DNA of 64,000 nucleotides from Azolla caroliniana (lineage: Eukaryota; Plantae; Polypodiophyta), in assembly GCA_043228905.1 (NCBI GenBank), contig JBHGNT010000006.1, positions 11,222,001-11,286,000 on the forward strand, in the 5' to 3' direction. The notes beneath the pieces are model-generated. The model had not been told where the DNA came from and ran no database searches. It saw only the letters and a list, made by a program, of their open reading frames with translations. This document shows positions 1-11,537 of the stretch, piece by piece. Both the position numbers and the translations under genes were made by a program. The number at the start of each line of letters is the position of its first letter. Positions within the stretch are counted from its first letter, which is position 1.

Positions 1-2
1 TC

Positions 3-635
3 GTCAAAGCCATCGTACGAGCATGCAACGGTCGAGTCGGGAATTGGCCACAACTATTACCCTATGCCTTGTGGGCCGACAGAACGACACACAGCTCGGT
101 GACAGGGTATATGCCGACGGAGCTTATGTATGGACAAAAACCAGTAATGCCAATCGAAAGGACGATCGCCTCATGGGTAGCGATACCGTGGGAGAACGAG
201 ATGAGCTGAGAAGAGTTATCAGCGGCGCAGATAAGGCAACTTGAAAGAAGACCTGAAGATCTAGAAAAAGCGTGAAAGATGATAGAGGCAGCCCGAGTAA
301 AGAACAAAGTTCGGTTCGACAACACGCATCGACTTCGTCCCAAGAAGATTGAAGAAGGAGATTGGGTTTTGGTTTACGACAACAGCCTTGACAATCAACA
401 CAGTACAACAAGAAAGTTCACAAGAAGATGGTTCGGGCCGTATGTGGTGACAATTTCCAACGATAATGCCACATACCACCTTGCGGAGCTAGACGGATCA
501 AGGTTGGTCGTACCCATTGCGGGAAAAAGAGTAAAGATTTTCAAGAAAAGACAAGACGAGGATCCTGACCTCGATCACCTCGACGATGAACATAATAGGG
601 CAGATTTAAATGAAGACATGGAGGAATCTGATTGA
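3..635 (+). pseudogene. Ty3/gypsy (non-chromovirus) integrase C-terminal part, interrupted by stops; element starts before the window
   Basis: Frame 3 reads VKAIVRACNGRVGNWPQLLPYALWADRTTHSSVTGYMPTELMYG (end of integrase core) and continues into ORF 279..635 with GDWVLVY...RWFGPYVV...TYHLAELDG (GPY/F module); two in-frame stops. Confidence 0.85.
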
Positions 636-1213
636 TCACCGTAGCCGAAATCTCACTTTCTCTCTTCTTGCCACGTACCGGAGGACGTGCGGTTTGGTGG
701 GGGTGGATGTCGTGAAAATTTTCGGCAATGGTATGAAAATCACATAAGACGTACGAAATCAAGTGTCAATCATATAAAACAATAATAGTGAATATACTAA
801 TTCTAAGTAAGTTTAATATCTTAGTACAAAAGACGAAGATCTTGAAGAGATGCACTTTACTACATAAGAAACGGACATCTAAGTGTCAACTTATGTGGGT
901 AAGAAGTTGTGAAAGAAAAAGAGAAAATTGTGAGATATCCCACATAGATAGCACGAATAAGGCTCTCACCATATATAAGGAAGACCAAAAGTTATTATCT
1001 TTGTGTCTATGTGTGGAGCATAGAGAGTTCAAGGTAACTTGAACTAAGAGTGGACGTGGCCTAGCCACTTGTAAAGGTTTTGGCCAACCGAAATAGAACT
1101 GGATGGTAACCGGCGATACGATAATCGACGATCCGTGATCCGACGGGCCGGCGAGGCAGTGGCGGAGCCGGTGATCTGGCGACCAAATTAATAAATATAT
1201 ATATATATACAAG

Positions 1214-1288
1214 GAGGGCAAGTAAGGATTCGAACATTGCACCTCCTAATTAAGAGTTAGTAGTCTTACCACTAAGCCATGACATTTA
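1214..1288 (-). pseudogene. Degenerate tRNA-Lys(CTT)-like / SINE-head-like sequence inside the LTR
   Basis: Minus strand has A-box TGGCTTAGTGG, anticodon arm CTAA-CTCTTAA-TTAG and B-box GTTCGAATCC; acceptor stem does not pair. Confidence 0.5.
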
Positions 1289-1353
1289 GTGAAATTTATA
1301 TTTCTATCATTGTACTTTTACATGTAAATTCACATACGTGAGAGCTAAAATGA

Positions 1354-1709
1354 GTGACATGGTTATCATGCACCACATATAATACATGAGCGCCAAATGG
1401 CAAACATGCATGTTATGCATGTGTCTTGTACCCTCTCATGCATCATATGCATGAGAGCATCTATAAAAGAAGGGATAAAAAATAAGAAGGGTTAGGCTCT
1501 TTTGGTTATGAAATTAATGAGAAGAAAATTCGTGACATGGTTATCATGCACCACATGTAATACATGAGCGCCAAATGGCAAACATGCATGTTATGCATGT
1601 GTCTTGTACCCTCTCATGCATCATATGCATGAGAGCATCTATAAAAGAAGGGATAAAAAATAAGAAAGGTTAGGCTCTTTTGGTTATGAAATTAATAAGA
1701 AGAAAATTC
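1354..1709. repeat. Tandem duplication, 2 x ~178 bp
   Basis: GTGACATGGTTATCATGCACC...GAAGAAAATTC occurs at 1354-1531 and 1532-1709, near identical. Confidence 0.95.
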
Positions 1710-2227
1710 GTTTTCGAATTGATCATGTAATTTGTTTCTTAAATCTAAAGAGAAAGGTTCAATCAATCTCTCTCAATCGAAAGTCAAGCGTTTAATATCA
1801 ATTTCTCTCTTTCCCAATCTATCTTAAATACTTCTGTTACCGGCCGGCAAAGGAATCCAGAGTGTGAAACGAAGGAGTTATTTAGGAATGGTTGTAAGTG
1901 AGCTATTAGTGTGGACGGACGGACCGGAATCGGTATGCTATTCCGGATCCGGGCCGATCCTGAACAGGTGCGGATGGCACCGTTTTGTACTACAAACCGG
2001 AAACCTATTTAAAGGCCCGGATACAATGTAATGGGGAGCGGATAATTAATGAAGCTTAGTGTTTTTATCTCTCTGTGTTAATTGTCGTTCTGCATTCATT
2101 GTTATATCTTACGTGTGTGATTATTAAGGACGATCTTGCTAAGTAACCTAATTAAGTCGGATTAATCGTTGAGCCTAATCCTCTTGTCGTAACACCCCTT
2201 TGGTGAAGTGTCTTCCGTAGACACCCT

Positions 2228-4167
2228 GTGTTAGGCCATTGTCCGGTCCTAAGAGTTAACACAGTTTTTGGCGACCACGATTCCTGTTTTTGCAGCGAAC
2301 GACGACATGAATGGATGACTAGATCAACGCACGACCTGGTTACAGATCGAACTCGACGCCTTGCCGGAAGGCAAAGGAGACATGAGGCTTTCCAGCAAGC
2401 GGCACAGGAAATTACAGCGGATCGCTCGTTTTCCAACGTAATCCAGAGAGTAGCGGAGGAGTCCCTCCGGTTACAGCAAACATCGCACCCGGACGACGGC
2501 AGCAGCCTAATAAGCCTCCGGGAAACCGAATCCCTTCTCCAGGCGTTGCCAAGCGGAGAAGGCGAAGCAGAAGCCTTTTCAGCGTATGAATCGGATTCCG
2601 AAGGGGGATACAACGTGCACACGAACTACCGTAGCAACAACGACACCCCGGGCGAAGCGGAGGACGAAGGATCGGACACCTTACCGACACCGGAACTGGA
2701 AGTGCTAAGGTTGGAACCTCCGGAACCAGAAACAGAGGAAGAGCGACCTCCGACACCGGAAGTCGAGGAGGAGAGGCCTCCGTCACCAAAAGAAGAGGAA
2801 AGACCACCAACGCCGGAGAAAAACCAGGAACGACCACCAACACCACCAGCCCGCGCACCGATACCGGACGACGACATGTCATTCCAGTACTCCAAGTATA
2901 GAGATGATCCGGACGCGGAAGCTCATGTCCACGCCTTTGAACAAACATGGGAAGCAAACCATGTGTCCAAGCGATTGACCCTAGAGGAAGAGGAACGCTC
3001 TAAGATAACGGAATTTGGCGTCACATTGGAAGGACTGGCAGAAAGATGGCGCCGGACGCAGGACCCATCTACCATCACCACCTTCGCAGATTTAAAAGCT
3101 AAATTCTTGCATTTTTTCCAAAAGGAGGTGGACCAGACAGTAATGGTGGGCTTGTTTTATACCATCCGACAGGAGCCAGGGGAGAGCATTCCCCAGTTTG
3201 TCATCCGGTTTCAACGGATGCATAGTCAGCTTGCCCACGCACCCCCGGAGGAGGAATTATGGACTATATTCCTAAATGTGCTCCAGGAACCCCTACGTAC
3301 GGTTTGCACGGTAATTAACTTCCGCGCAAGTACCATCGACCAGGTCATTGACCGGGTGAGAGAGATGGAAAAGACAAGCTCCTGGCTCACACTGGGAGCA
3401 CTCCAACGGGCGTTACCGTCCGATGAAGACCTCTGGTTTCGGCAAGCAATACAGTGCACAACCTGCTTGAATTCCGAACACTCGGCACTACAATGCACTA
3501 TGAGGACGCAATGTGTAATCTGTCAATCCAAGCGCCATACGACAGATAGGTGTGAGTATAATCTATTGAACCAGCAAGCACCGCCCGTCCGACAAATAGA
3601 GCCACGTAGCAGCCGGGATGAAGAAGAGGAACGCTAGCGGCGAATGGACCGCGACCGACCGGCACAGGATGTCCAGTATGGCGATCGACGGGAGAATGAT
3701 GTCTGATACGGTGATCGGCGGGATAACTACGACCGGTACAATAGATATGATCGGTACCAGGATTACAATAGACGATACGAACATTACGACCGGGAGCAAT
3801 CCCCCGGGTATCGTCAGCAACGGGAGGAATACGGCAGATATAATGACCAACCTTGTCAAGAGTACCGCAATAAGAAGAACTATAACAAAAAACGGCATTT
3901 CAAAAAAGGCGGCCACCCACGGGATCCGGAACAAGGAGCTTCAAGCAGCCAACCAGCCCAAAACCCCGCGCTTACCATAGGACCTGCCCTGGGTACAACA
4001 AACAATGCCGAATCCAGCAATACCCGGAAAGCCTACTGCTACTACTGCCGACAGGAAGGCCATTATAGTAATCAATGCCCGGCGAAAAGCTATGACAAAC
4101 AACCGGCAGTAAATATGGTAGTCCCTGAAGTGGCAGATCTGCAACAGGTGACCAGGTCGAAGGGCAT
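2228..4167 (+). pseudogene. Gypsy Gag (retrotransposon gag domain plus three CCHC knuckles) with premature stops
   Basis: ORF 2228..3637 has a gag core (TFADLKAKFL...IRQEPGESIPQFVIRF) and two CX2CX4HX4C motifs; the same frame continues past two stops to CYYCRQEGHYSNQC (about 4037-4078). Confidence 0.85.
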
Positions 4168-4209
4168 TGTAAACGTAAGTGTTTGCGGAAGCGTAAAACA
4201 GAGAACAAC

Positions 4210-4240
<31 letters not shown>

Positions 4241-4580
4241 CAGAGAGAGCATAACACAATTTCAAAATTATATCAAGACTCACTCACTACACATTGTGCT
4301 AAGTAGCACTATTTATACAAGTCCTCTTGGGACTGACAGAAATACCATGTACTTCAATGCTCACACGAGCATTTGACACTTACTACGAGACTATAGCTAC
4401 CTAGTAGTCTATCCTATACCAGGCTTCCGATTGGACTGCCGGTTACGGATTGCACCCGGCCTCCACTGCTTGCCGGTTCGGTTGCTCACCGTCATACCGA
4501 TCCGTTTCGCCCGATCCGTCTCGCTTACCGGCTCCGGCTTATTCAGCCGATCCGGCTCCGGTTGAGCTTGCCGCTCAACA
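4168..4580 (-). mobile_element. Copia solo LTR with non-matching flanks (recombinant)
   Basis: TGTAAACG..CTCAACA; matches the LTR end at 6873 and the LTR at 61952-62365; flanks GGCAT and CTAAG differ. Confidence 0.85.
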
Positions 4581-4759
4581 CTAAGTAACCTAGTTAAGTC
4601 GGATTAATCGTTGAGCCTAATCCTCTTGTCGTAACACCCCTTTGGTGAAGTGTCTTCCCTAGACACCCTGTGTTAGGCCATTGTCCGGCCCTAAGAGTTA
4701 ACAACTTCCTCACTAAAGCTTGTCCCGACTTCGAATCCTTCCAGTCTAGAACCCCGACG

Positions 4760-6778
4760 GTTTTGTATGTAGACGGCCGTCTGGACCGCCTCCGCCCAGT
4801 AGAACCGGGGCATGCTCTTCTCCTTCAGCATTGCCCTTGCCGCTTCGACGAGTGTCCGGTTCTTCCTTTCGACCACACCGTTTTGCTCCGGTGTGTATCT
4901 GCAGCTGAACTCTCGCCGAATTCCCTTCTGATGCAGATAACTAGTGAATTGGCCGAAAAAATATTCCTTTCCGCCATCCGACCGAAGGCATTTGATCTTC
5001 CTCTCCGATTCCCGTTCCACCATCTTCTGGAGGCTCTGAAAACAGTCGAAGACTTCGCTCTTCCACTCAATGAGGTAGATCCAAGTCTGTCGAGTATAGT
5101 CGTCGATGAAGGAGACGAAGTATCAACTCCCGCCAAGGCTTACACATTGTGCCGGTCCCCACACATCCGAATGGATGAGATCGAGCTTGTTACGACTCCG
5201 GTTCCGTTCGGTGGGGAATGGAAGCTGGTGTTGCTTCCCAAGTTGGCAGGCTTCACAAATTTCAGCTCTCCGGCCGCTGAACTTCGGCAAACCGAAAACG
5301 ACTTGTTTCGTTTGCAGGTCTTGAAGCCTCCGGTAGTTGACGTGGCCTATCCGCTTGTGCCACAGGTCGATGTCCGACTCGACCTTCTGTCGATTCGCGA
5401 ACAGAGCGGTGCAAAGGTCATTGGTGTTGAGGATAAACATCCTCCCGTCTCTGCGCCCTTGCGCAATGACTTCGCCCTCATCCTCAATGAAGCACCCGAG
5501 GTGCGTAAACTGCACCTGCATCCCTTGGTCGACAATCTGACCGACGGACACCAGGTTCTTCGTGATTGTCGGAACGTGTAATACGTTCATCAGCTTCCCT
5601 TTCTGTCCGACGTGGCTTAGAGGGACTTGTCCGACGTGCACGATTGGGTGAGGAGTGTCGTCTCCGGTTTCGACTACTCCTGGTTGCTCCGGTTTCTCCA
5701 GAAAGGAGAACCACTCTTTGTGGCTCGTCATGTGGTTCGACGCGCCGGAATCAACATACCACACTTCCTCCGTTTTGGAAGTGGTCTTCTTCATTGAGTT
5801 TGCCTTGTGATTCATCACCAAGGCTGGTCCCTTACCGGCCTTTCCGGTTCCGGATCCTCCTGATCCGTTTGCATAGTGCGAGTTTTGCCAGCCATCCTTA
5901 CCGGTCTTTCCAGATTCGGATTTGTCCGAATCGGCACGCTTTCTCCAACACTCGCTTTCCCTGTGGCCTTTTTTGCCACAGTACCAGCATTCCGTAGCGG
6001 ATTTGTCTTGCCGGCCTTCGGCACCGCCTTGACTCCCCCTGCTTGTGGAAGTCCCGGAACTGCTGTCGGCACGCTCATAGTGCCTCCGTTCCTGCTCTTG
6101 CCGGCCGCCTCCATTGCGTGCCGACACACCTCTTCCACCACGCCCACGGAGCCGATCCGTTCCCGTGTATAGCATTCGGTTGTCCGGGGATGCACTGGTA
6201 GATGCACCGGCGTGGTTCTCCTCTATAAGGAGCATCGACTGTAAGTCGAAGAATGAGGGGGTATTCTCCCTTGTACACACCACAGTCCGGAACGCTCCGA
6301 ACTTGGACGCCAGGCCTCCGAGACATACCTGCACCATCTCGTCTTCCTCTACGGTAACATTGATAGAGGCGAGCGAGTCCCAGATCTCCTTTATCCGGCC
6401 CGTGTAGTCTGCCACAGACATGTTCTTCTGTCGAACATTGCTCAACTCCTGTCTAAGTTGCAGCTTCCGGGTAGTGGTGCTTGCGGCGAAAACCTTTTTC
6501 AGGTTCCCCCAAGCATCCTTCGGTGTCTTGGCGTCACGGATGTGGCTGAGCAGCTGATCGCCGACACTGGACGCGAAGCAGTACATCACCCTGATTGCCG
6601 CCTATTCCCATACCGGGAAGTCCTTGTGTGCCGAGTCAGGCGCCGCATCATTCGCTCCTTCGACATAACTCCAGTACCCGTGTCCAAGCAGGTACTGGTG
6701 CATCTTGTAAGACCAGGATGCATAGTTGCTCCTGTCGAGCTTCTCCACCGGGAGCGACGTAGCCATGCCTCTATCCAT
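4760..6778 (-). pseudogene. Copia gag-pol fragment (one stop in gag, frameshift in integrase)
   Basis: ORFs 5123..6589 and 4691..5023, plus upstream in-frame MDRGMATSLPVEKLDRSNYASWSYKM broken by a TAG. Confidence 0.9.
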
Positions 6779-6960
6779 GTCTTCTACTGTGTCTGTTTTC
6801 GACCTGTTAGGGTTTTCTTCTCAAGAGTAAATGTCTGCAGCAGAGGTTCTCAACCCTCGCGCTCTGATACCATGTAAACGTAAGTGTTTGTGGAAGCGTA
6901 AAACAGAGAACAACACAGAGAGAGACAGAGAGACAGAGAGAGACAGAGAGAGACAGAGAG
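4760..6960 (-). mobile_element. Ty1/copia element, 5' half (gag-protease-integrase), truncated
   Basis: PBS-Met (TGGTATCAGAGC, 6861-6872 on minus strand) next to the LTR end at 6873; polyprotein from ATG 6778 with CWYCGKKGHRESEC, WYVDSGASNHM, LWHKRIGH..CEAC, CLRSDGGKEY, QNGVVER. Confidence 0.92.
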
Positions 6961-7190
6961 AGCTCAATTATGAGCATTGAAGTACGTATCAGTACTTCTG
7001 TCAGTCCGTATGGACTTGTATAAAAGTGTTCACTGAGCACATCCTATGTACAGATTGCGTATTATTTTGAATCGAGTTTTTCTGAGTGTTCTCTCTGTCT
7101 CTCCCACATACTGTGCATATACAAGCTCTCCATTAAACCTGCGTATTTTCTATGTTCAATTTCCTATTGCTTCCGCACACTTATATTATC
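6961..7190 (+). mobile_element. Fragment of a related copia LTR in opposite orientation
   Basis: Reverse complement resembles LTR 53404-53796 (GCGGAAGCAA...GGTTTAATGGAGAGCTTG...CTTTTATACAAGTCC...TACTTCAATGCTCAT). Confidence 0.7.
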
Positions 7191-7759
7191 TAGGACAACA
7201 TAATGATTAGTGGACTCTCTATGTCCATATGTACATGGGGCATCTTAAAGCCCATATGGTTGCATCATACATAAGGGTAGGGGAGGAAGTGTGCCAAAGT
7301 TACATAACCTTATGTGAGTCAAGGATAGCCCATTTATGCTTGTAAATTTGGCCCCTAGAAAAAGACAAGAACCCACCACTCCAACAATGATGCCCTCTTG
7401 ATAGGTTGAAGACAATTTATTAGAAAGTCAATGTGGATTCATGGAAGTTCATGGGCTTAGTATTTCCAAGGTTTATTGTGAGCCCCTTTTCACAAGGAAT
7501 ACCATATAGGCTATTAAGATGAATCAATGATATTGTATATGTTACAGGCATGACCATATAATATCTCGTGGTGAGAATTTATCGTAGTATTCTATACATG
7601 TGGATAAATATAAGGCCTAGCTACCCTCATTTCATGATCTCTTGACTACGTCGAGACTTTGTTTCATGGTGGGTCAACTCTTGTAGCGAGCTCGCCAGCA
7701 CCAAGTACGACTCGACGCCAGGGCGGTGGTATGGGACACCGATCAAGGCTCGAGTCCGT

Positions 7760-9604
7760 TGTCGTGTCTTTCGGCGCCAGATCGTTTGCGTGAGTCGGGT
7801 GGGAACCGCCAGGGTTTTGGACTAGGAGGAGGAAGAATTTGACTCTAATTAACGAGTGTATTGTCTTAGATTAATCAATATTAAGATAATAATATGAATG
7901 TAGATAGAAAGAGAAGAATATAGAAACCTCGTGAATCCCACGAGTCTATTGTATTAGATTATTCAATATTAAGATAAGAATATGAATTTGGATTAAAAGA
8001 GAGATATTAAAAACTTGTGAATCCCACAAGTATAGATTATTAGATTTATTAATATTTGGAATCCTAATAACAATTTATCATAGATTGGAAGAGATAGATT
8101 ATATAAAACTTCGTGAATCCCACGATTATATTTTATTAATTAGTGTTTTAGGAAATATATCCAATTTCCAAATATTCCACACCCTGTCCCGTAGTACCAT
8201 CATATTGTATTTCGGCCTTTATATCGGCCACATCATGCATCCTTAATCGATCATCCCTTATAAGCCATGTTGTTGCCGACGATAGTCTCATCTTCCTCTT
8301 ACCATGCCTTCAGCATACTCTTTTGACTTCAACCCAATCCTCGGTAAGGCCATTTGCACCGTCATCATCTTCGAGTTCGATCCCGATGTCCATCCTTCCT
8401 TTCTGATCGATCGATCTTACGAACATTAGGACTTTATCCTCCCCCAACAATCTTTGTTCCCTCTTCGAGAGTCGAGCAAAACGATGCTCGAACTCTAGGA
8501 ATGCTTGTGTCGTGCTTTGGTGGATCTTCGCCGATGCCACCCACTAGTCAAACTCGCGTCGATCTCGTCCCTTCGATCTCTCATAGTCATATGCCTCTCA
8601 TAAAGCTTCTTCAAAGGACCCCCATGTCGGGTTTTGTTGTTGTATCTTGTGGATTCTCTCTTGTAGCTCATCCGTGGTCACCCGACTAAAGGATATCACT
8701 TGCAATCCTTCCGGTATCCCGCATAGCATCATCTCCGCTTTTTATTCACGTAGATAGCGTGACACATCCTTTCCATTGAATTCCCCATTTCGTTGCACAA
8801 GCCACTCTACTGCCGCCTTTATCTCCGACATCACCTCTTGTTGATTATCCATCTCCTTGCCACCCGTCTTCACGTCGGGTTCACCAATTGTGTGTTGTGC
8901 CTTTCGGCGCCGGATCGTTACGTGAGTCGGGTGGGAACCACTGGGGTTTTGGACTAGGAGGAGGAAGAATTTGAGACTTGTGAATCCCACAAATATTATA
9001 TTAATCAATATTTATGTACGAATATGAATTTAGATTGAAAGAGAAGGATATAGAAATCTCGTGAATCCCACAAGTATAGTTTATTTCGTGAATCCCACGA
9101 ATATAGTTTATTAATTGGTGTTTTAGGAAATATATCCAATTTCCAAATATTTCACACACCCCTATTACATTGTACTCCCCATCCTTATATAGTGATGAGA
9201 GAGTCTTAGCAATCAATGCTTTTCTATCAATAGACTATATGCTTTATGTAACATGCTTTTTTTCTAAATTAATCATGCTTTTTCTAACTTGATGCGTTTT
9301 TATCGACTATAGTGTTCATGCATGCTAGATGTGCATGTGTAGCTTTTTCTTTTATCATTTGTTTTCTTCTAAGTAAAGTTTATCCTAGTGTGCACTTACC
9401 TTTCTATGTGGGACGTCTACTTTTTTAACACTAATGATATGTTAGTGTAATAGTAAAGCTTCACATTATGTACATGGAGGTACAAGGTTTGAATCTTGCG
9501 CTATGCATGTATGACATGTTTTAACATTTTCTTCTATTTCTTCATATTTATTGAATCGGTTATTTTATACGTTTTTCACGTAGTGTACGAAATACACTAC
9601 GACA
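7760..9604 (-). mobile_element. Deleted gypsy-type element with tRNA-Trp PBS nested in the chromovirus 5' LTR
   Basis: TGTCG..CGACA termini; 5' LTR 8893-9604, partial 3' LTR 7760 to about 8180; PBS 8869-8886; gag remnant 8310-8852 (FNGKDVSRYL..., FLEFEHRFARLS); 4-bp flanks CCGT/CCAT. Confidence 0.8.
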
Positions 9605-9954
9605 CCATCTCGATCCCTTCGCTCGGGGGTGGTCGGGTGGATCAACACCCTTCTTTCTCTCTCTCCTTTCTTATTTCATATATATTATATCCTTATCATA
9701 TGCTTACATTAAATCATCAATCTAACAATTGGTATCAGAGCTGATGTTTCTAATGTTTCTTTTGTTAGTTTTTGTTGTCTTCTTGATGGATGGCAATCGA
9801 TCGACATGCGGTCGACCTTGATCCAGATAGCGATCAACAAAGGAACTTCGGTAACTCTTTCTTGTTTTTTTTTCTATTCTTTCTTGTCAATATGTTTTTT
9901 CTTTATTGATTCAATGATGTTGTAGTGGTAATGGATTGGTTGTAAAAAATGTAT

Positions 9955-10213
9955 TCATATGTGTACGAGATCAATACCTCATTTGACATATATTTGATAT
10001 GTGATTCGTGTCATATGCGTACGAGGTTAATACCTCAATTGCGTATTACATTTACATCCATATGTTACGTATGCGTATGAGATCAATACCTCGATTTCTA
10101 TTTAAATGATGTGTTTGGTGTCGTATGCGTAAGAGGTCAATACCTCTATTGTGTATTATGATTGACCCTTATTTTTGGATGTTTCGTGTGCGTAGAGGTT
10201 ATATGCCTCGATT
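9955..10213 (+). repeat. Array of five ~30 bp hairpin-containing repeats with 24-33 bp variable linkers
   Basis: Consensus TCRTATGCGTACGAGRTCAATACCTCNATT at 9955, 10011, 10067, 10121 and 10184. Confidence 0.85.
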
Positions 10214-10613
10214 ACGTATCTCAATTACATCATTGTTGGCTATTTGATATTACGATTTTTTTAAATATATGCATATGTGGTTAGGTGTATACGTATTTGA
10301 TCGTATATATGTGATAAATATACATATGTGTATATTAGTTATTATGTGATTTCTATATAAAATGTTTCCTATTCGGGGAAAATATCTTGGTGGCCGTCCT
10401 CACATTTTTGTGAGAATGCTGTAGTCACCATCCTTTTTTCAACAATTTTTTTTGTTGACATCCCCGTTGGTCACTTCGATTTCGTTACGTAACAAAACGA
10501 TCATAGCGACAATGGTGTTAAGAACGTAGGGCTTGACCCACTTCATGTGAGGTTGCTCCTATGACACACATATCCAACATCCCTCCCTCGTTATATGGAC
10601 ATGATGCCATCAT

Positions 10614-10960
10614 GAGATCATTCTTACAAAAGGGATTCGTAATGACGTAACCATGTGATGGGCCACGTGGGCCTACTACGAAAGAGGGCTCATTTGGCTT
10701 GACCATCAGGTTGCACTTTGGCGTATGCAATCGTAATTATGAGACTTGAGGTTAGGTAATGTACCAACATAGTTTGTGGTAAACGAGAGATCATTCTTAT
10801 GAAAGGCATTCGTAATGACGTAAACATGTGATGGGCCACGTGGGCCTACTACGAAAGAGGGTTCATTTGTCTTGACCATCCAGTTGCACTTTGGCGTATG
10901 CAATCGTAATTATGAGACTTGAGGTTAGGTAATGTACCAACATAGTTTGTGGTAAACGAG
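10614..10960. repeat. Tandem duplication, 2 x ~173 bp in the chromovirus leader
   Basis: GAGATCATTCTTA...GTGGTAAACGAGAG at 10614 and 10787. Confidence 0.95.
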
Positions 10961-11537
10961 AGGGAAATAAGGAGTCTTGACATATATGTTTAGTTTTTAA
11001 AAAAATTATATGGGCAAATGCCTCACATCTTATACGCATAAAACATCCTATTTGGTTAGCTCAAGTGTTTAATGCACTTGTTTTCAAGGTCTTGAGTTCA
11101 AATATGACCAAGACCATATAACATTGTTATACATATGACTATAATACATGTCTAAGTGCACTTCGGGGTCCTCGTAATAGGACTTAAAGAGCCGAAACCA
11201 TATACGTGGGCACAGAAACATAGTTTATTGTTAACATTTTTTTCATGTATAAATTATTCATTACGCGAACATACATGGTTGAGCCTCGAGGAGCCACCAT
11301 GAAAAAATCGATATAAAGATCAGGAAAAGACATTCATTTGTCACCCCCATGGTTTTTAAAACACCTTTGTGTTACCATAGTAACCTGATCTTGAACCTCA
11401 TCTCATACGTCTAGAGAGGTATTGATGTGAGATCATGATATCCATTAATGTTGGCCCATGATACGTTTACATCACGACATCATGTTACGACTATTTGTCT
11501 GACCTTATCCTATTTCTTTGCCGGAAATTATCATTCA

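Larger units (their letters stand above)
1835..4703 (+). mobile_element. Internally deleted Ty3/gypsy element (Tat/Ogre-like, tRNA-Arg primed)
   Basis: 5' LTR TGTTAC..TTAACA 1835-2261; PBS TGGCGACCAC at about 2269; partial 3' LTR 4581-4703 matches 2139-2261; 5-bp TSD ACTTC on both sides; pol absent. Confidence 0.9.
708..4759 (+). mobile_element. 3' LTR of the first gypsy element (708-1834 plus 4704-4759), split by a nested gypsy insertion
   Basis: Purine-rich PPT (GGTTTGGTGGGGGTGGA, 691-707) directly precedes TGTCGTG at 708; the sequence resumes after the ACTTC TSD and ends CCCCGAC(G) at 4759, abutting copia integrase sequence. Confidence 0.65.

Noticed and set aside
4670-5581. 303-aa plus-strand ORF
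   Set aside because: Antisense shadow of the copia integrase region running out of an LTR; no independent motifs
9955-10213. True CRISPR array
   Set aside because: Eukaryotic retrotransposon leader, degenerate repeats, alternating linkers resemble each other, and no cas genes; kept only as a hairpin array
11052-11112. tRNA gene (TAGCTCAAGTG...GAGTTCAAAT)
   Set aside because: Only weak A/B-box resemblance and no cloverleaf; at most a decayed SINE-like trace
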